From Cyanophyceae cyanobacterium (GTDB lineage Bacteria > Cyanobacteriota > Cyanobacteriia > Cyanobacteriales > Laspinemataceae), in NCBI GenBank assembly GCA_038321985.1, contig JBBQFN010000018.1, positions 32,001-96,000 of the forward strand: 64,000 bases of DNA. The letters run 5' to 3'. Under the pieces are notes generated by a model. It searched no databases. It was not told the origin of the DNA and saw only the letters and a program-made list of their open reading frames with translations. This document shows, piece after piece, positions 62,735-64,000 of the stretch. The first letter of the stretch is position 1; each line of letters begins with the position of its first letter. The translations under genes and the position numbers were made by a program.

Positions 62735-63598
62735 TCAAAGCGGCCAAACTCGTGGAGGACAACTCGGACGGCCTATAAAATTGAGACGCAGGAGTTGCCA
62801 AACTTCACTAAACCAGTTTCGCACTTCTGGGGTCGAAGATCCACGATATCGACATAATAATCCGTGAGTGAGTCGGGTGACGCCAGCTTCGCCCTGGGAG
62901 GAACTTGAACGCGCCTCCCACCGAGATCGCGCTTCCTGAACCAGTTCCGGCGTTACGGGTTGCGAAATCCAGGCGAGAGTCGCTACAATCGGGAAGCCGG
63001 CTAAACCGTGAGCCGAAGCAACTGCTTCCTCACTGCCTTTGAGGTGTTGGCGATCAATCCAGAGGGGACGTCCAGCTTGCCAGATTTCTGTCTGCGATCG
63101 CCACTGTCCCTGAACAAAAGTTTCCCCCCTAGCACTGCGTCCAAAGCGGTTAATTTCCCATAAAAGCAAACTCGCACCCGGTGCTAATTCAACCCGTAAA
63201 TCTTGACGATAAATTGCTCCATTAAAAACAATGCTTTCTTGGGGTAACCATTCTAAACAGGCTCCCGATTCAATTTTAATCCTAGTAGTTTGTTCAGCTA
63301 ATTCTCCCATACTTCGATAAATTTTAGCCGCCGCTGCTGTGGTGATTAAAGCATGAGTATTCGGCTGAAGGTGGATCGATTGTCGGAGGCCGTCGCCCCC
63401 GACAATTCCCCCCGCAGTATGCAAAATAACACTATGGCAGACCCCTTCCCCTTCCGGATAAAACGGTCGCTGAACTTTCAACGGTGCCGTTGTTTTCACC
63501 GAGGAAACCTGGGTGGAATTTCCCGATTGAGCGTAGGCTAACTCTAAGCTACCCTGCCATCCCTGAACCGCTTGATTTTCGGTTTGAATATTACTCAC
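62735..63598 (-). CDS. ureD: Urease accessory protein
   Basis: [23 protein letters not shown] and LEWLPQE motifs. Confidence 0.95.
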   Translation of the reverse strand: MSNIQTENQAVQGWQGSLELAYAQSGNSTQVSSVKTTAPLKVQRPFYPEGEGVCHSVILHTAGGIVGGDGLRQSIHLQPNTHALITTAAAAKIYRSMGELAEQTTRIKIESGACLEWLPQESIVFNGAIYRQDLRVELAPGASLLLWEINRFGRSARGETFVQGQWRSQTEIWQAGRPLWIDRQHLKGSEEAVASAHGLAGFPIVATLAWISQPVTPELVQEARSRWEARSSSSQGEAGVTRLTHGLLCRYRGSSTPEVRNWFSEVWQLLRLNFIGRPSCPPRVWPL

Positions 63599-63737
63599 AA
63601 GTTCTCGAATTAAGGTTAAAGTTAAAATCTTACTACAGCTAGTTTAAATAAACTCTATAAACCTTTGAATACGCACTGGAGGAATATCTTCCCAGAGTCC
63701 GTGAGCCCAGAAAAATGTCACAAAAGATGAGCTGTTT

Positions 63738-64000
63738 TTAAACAGCGAGGAATCGTTGAATCACTTCATTACTGAGTTCTTTGGTTGAACCCGAGGCAAC
63801 AATACCCCCTTTTTGCATGGCATAATACCAATCCGCTTCTCGGACAAAATGCAAATGCTGTTCCACTAACAGGACCGAAATTCCCTTAGATTGGATAATC
63901 CGACGCACTGCGGCTTCAATTTCTAAAATAATTGAAGGTTGGATACCTTCGGTGGGTTCATCGAGGATGAGTAAGCGGGGATTTCCCATCAAGGCACGGG
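63738..64000 (-). CDS. urtE: Urea ABC transporter ATP-binding subunit (C-terminal part; runs off the window)
   Basis: LDEPTEGIQPSII and LLVEQHL; directly upstream of ureD. Confidence 0.9.
   Translation of the reverse strand, partial: RALMGNPRLLILDEPTEGIQPSIILEIEAAVRRIIQSKGISVLLVEQHLHFVREADWYYAMQKGGIVASGSTKELSNEVIQRFLAV

Noticed and set aside
1..64000. HIP1 (GCGATCGC) abundance as a novel signal; tRNA/rRNA genes
   Set aside because: HIP1 over-representation is a well-known cyanobacterial trait; no tRNA or rRNA gene was recognised.

Overview
Chromosomal segment of a filamentous cyanobacterium. The HIP1 octamer GCGATCGC is pervasive; an Oscillatoriales (Oscillatoria/Laspinema-like) origin is my inference from repeat style. 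Most of it is core or metabolic genes: an M16 peptidase pair, clpP, a Zam/RNase R-like protein, ubiX, crtO, two mgtE, two Na+/H+ antiporters, two hybrid kinases and urtE-ureD-ureA-ureB...ureC. An accessory stretch at about 13.6-26.4 kb carries a P4/D5-type primase-helicase, an orphan HsdR_N-type nuclease, an NB-ARC/WD40 STAND protein and a frameshifted RelE/ParE toxin-antitoxin pair. The strongest unannotated signal is a tandem array (17.72-18.68 kb) of four self-contained ~110-nt non-coding RNA genes. Each has its own operator-like box plus -10 element, an invariant 26-nt 5' core, two small hairpins and a covarying terminal hairpin. The same promoter architecture recurs upstream of crtO, a glucose dehydrogenase and a saccharopine-dehydrogenase-like gene. 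Also present are a clear fluoride riboswitch ahead of an antiporter-USP fusion, a candidate switch-like leader with a uORF ahead of tandem mgtE, a putative split lysine-catabolism gene set, an ethylene-receptor-like double kinase, and a 24-nt in-frame insertion into a HIP1 site. All assignments come from reading the sequence only; no searches were run.
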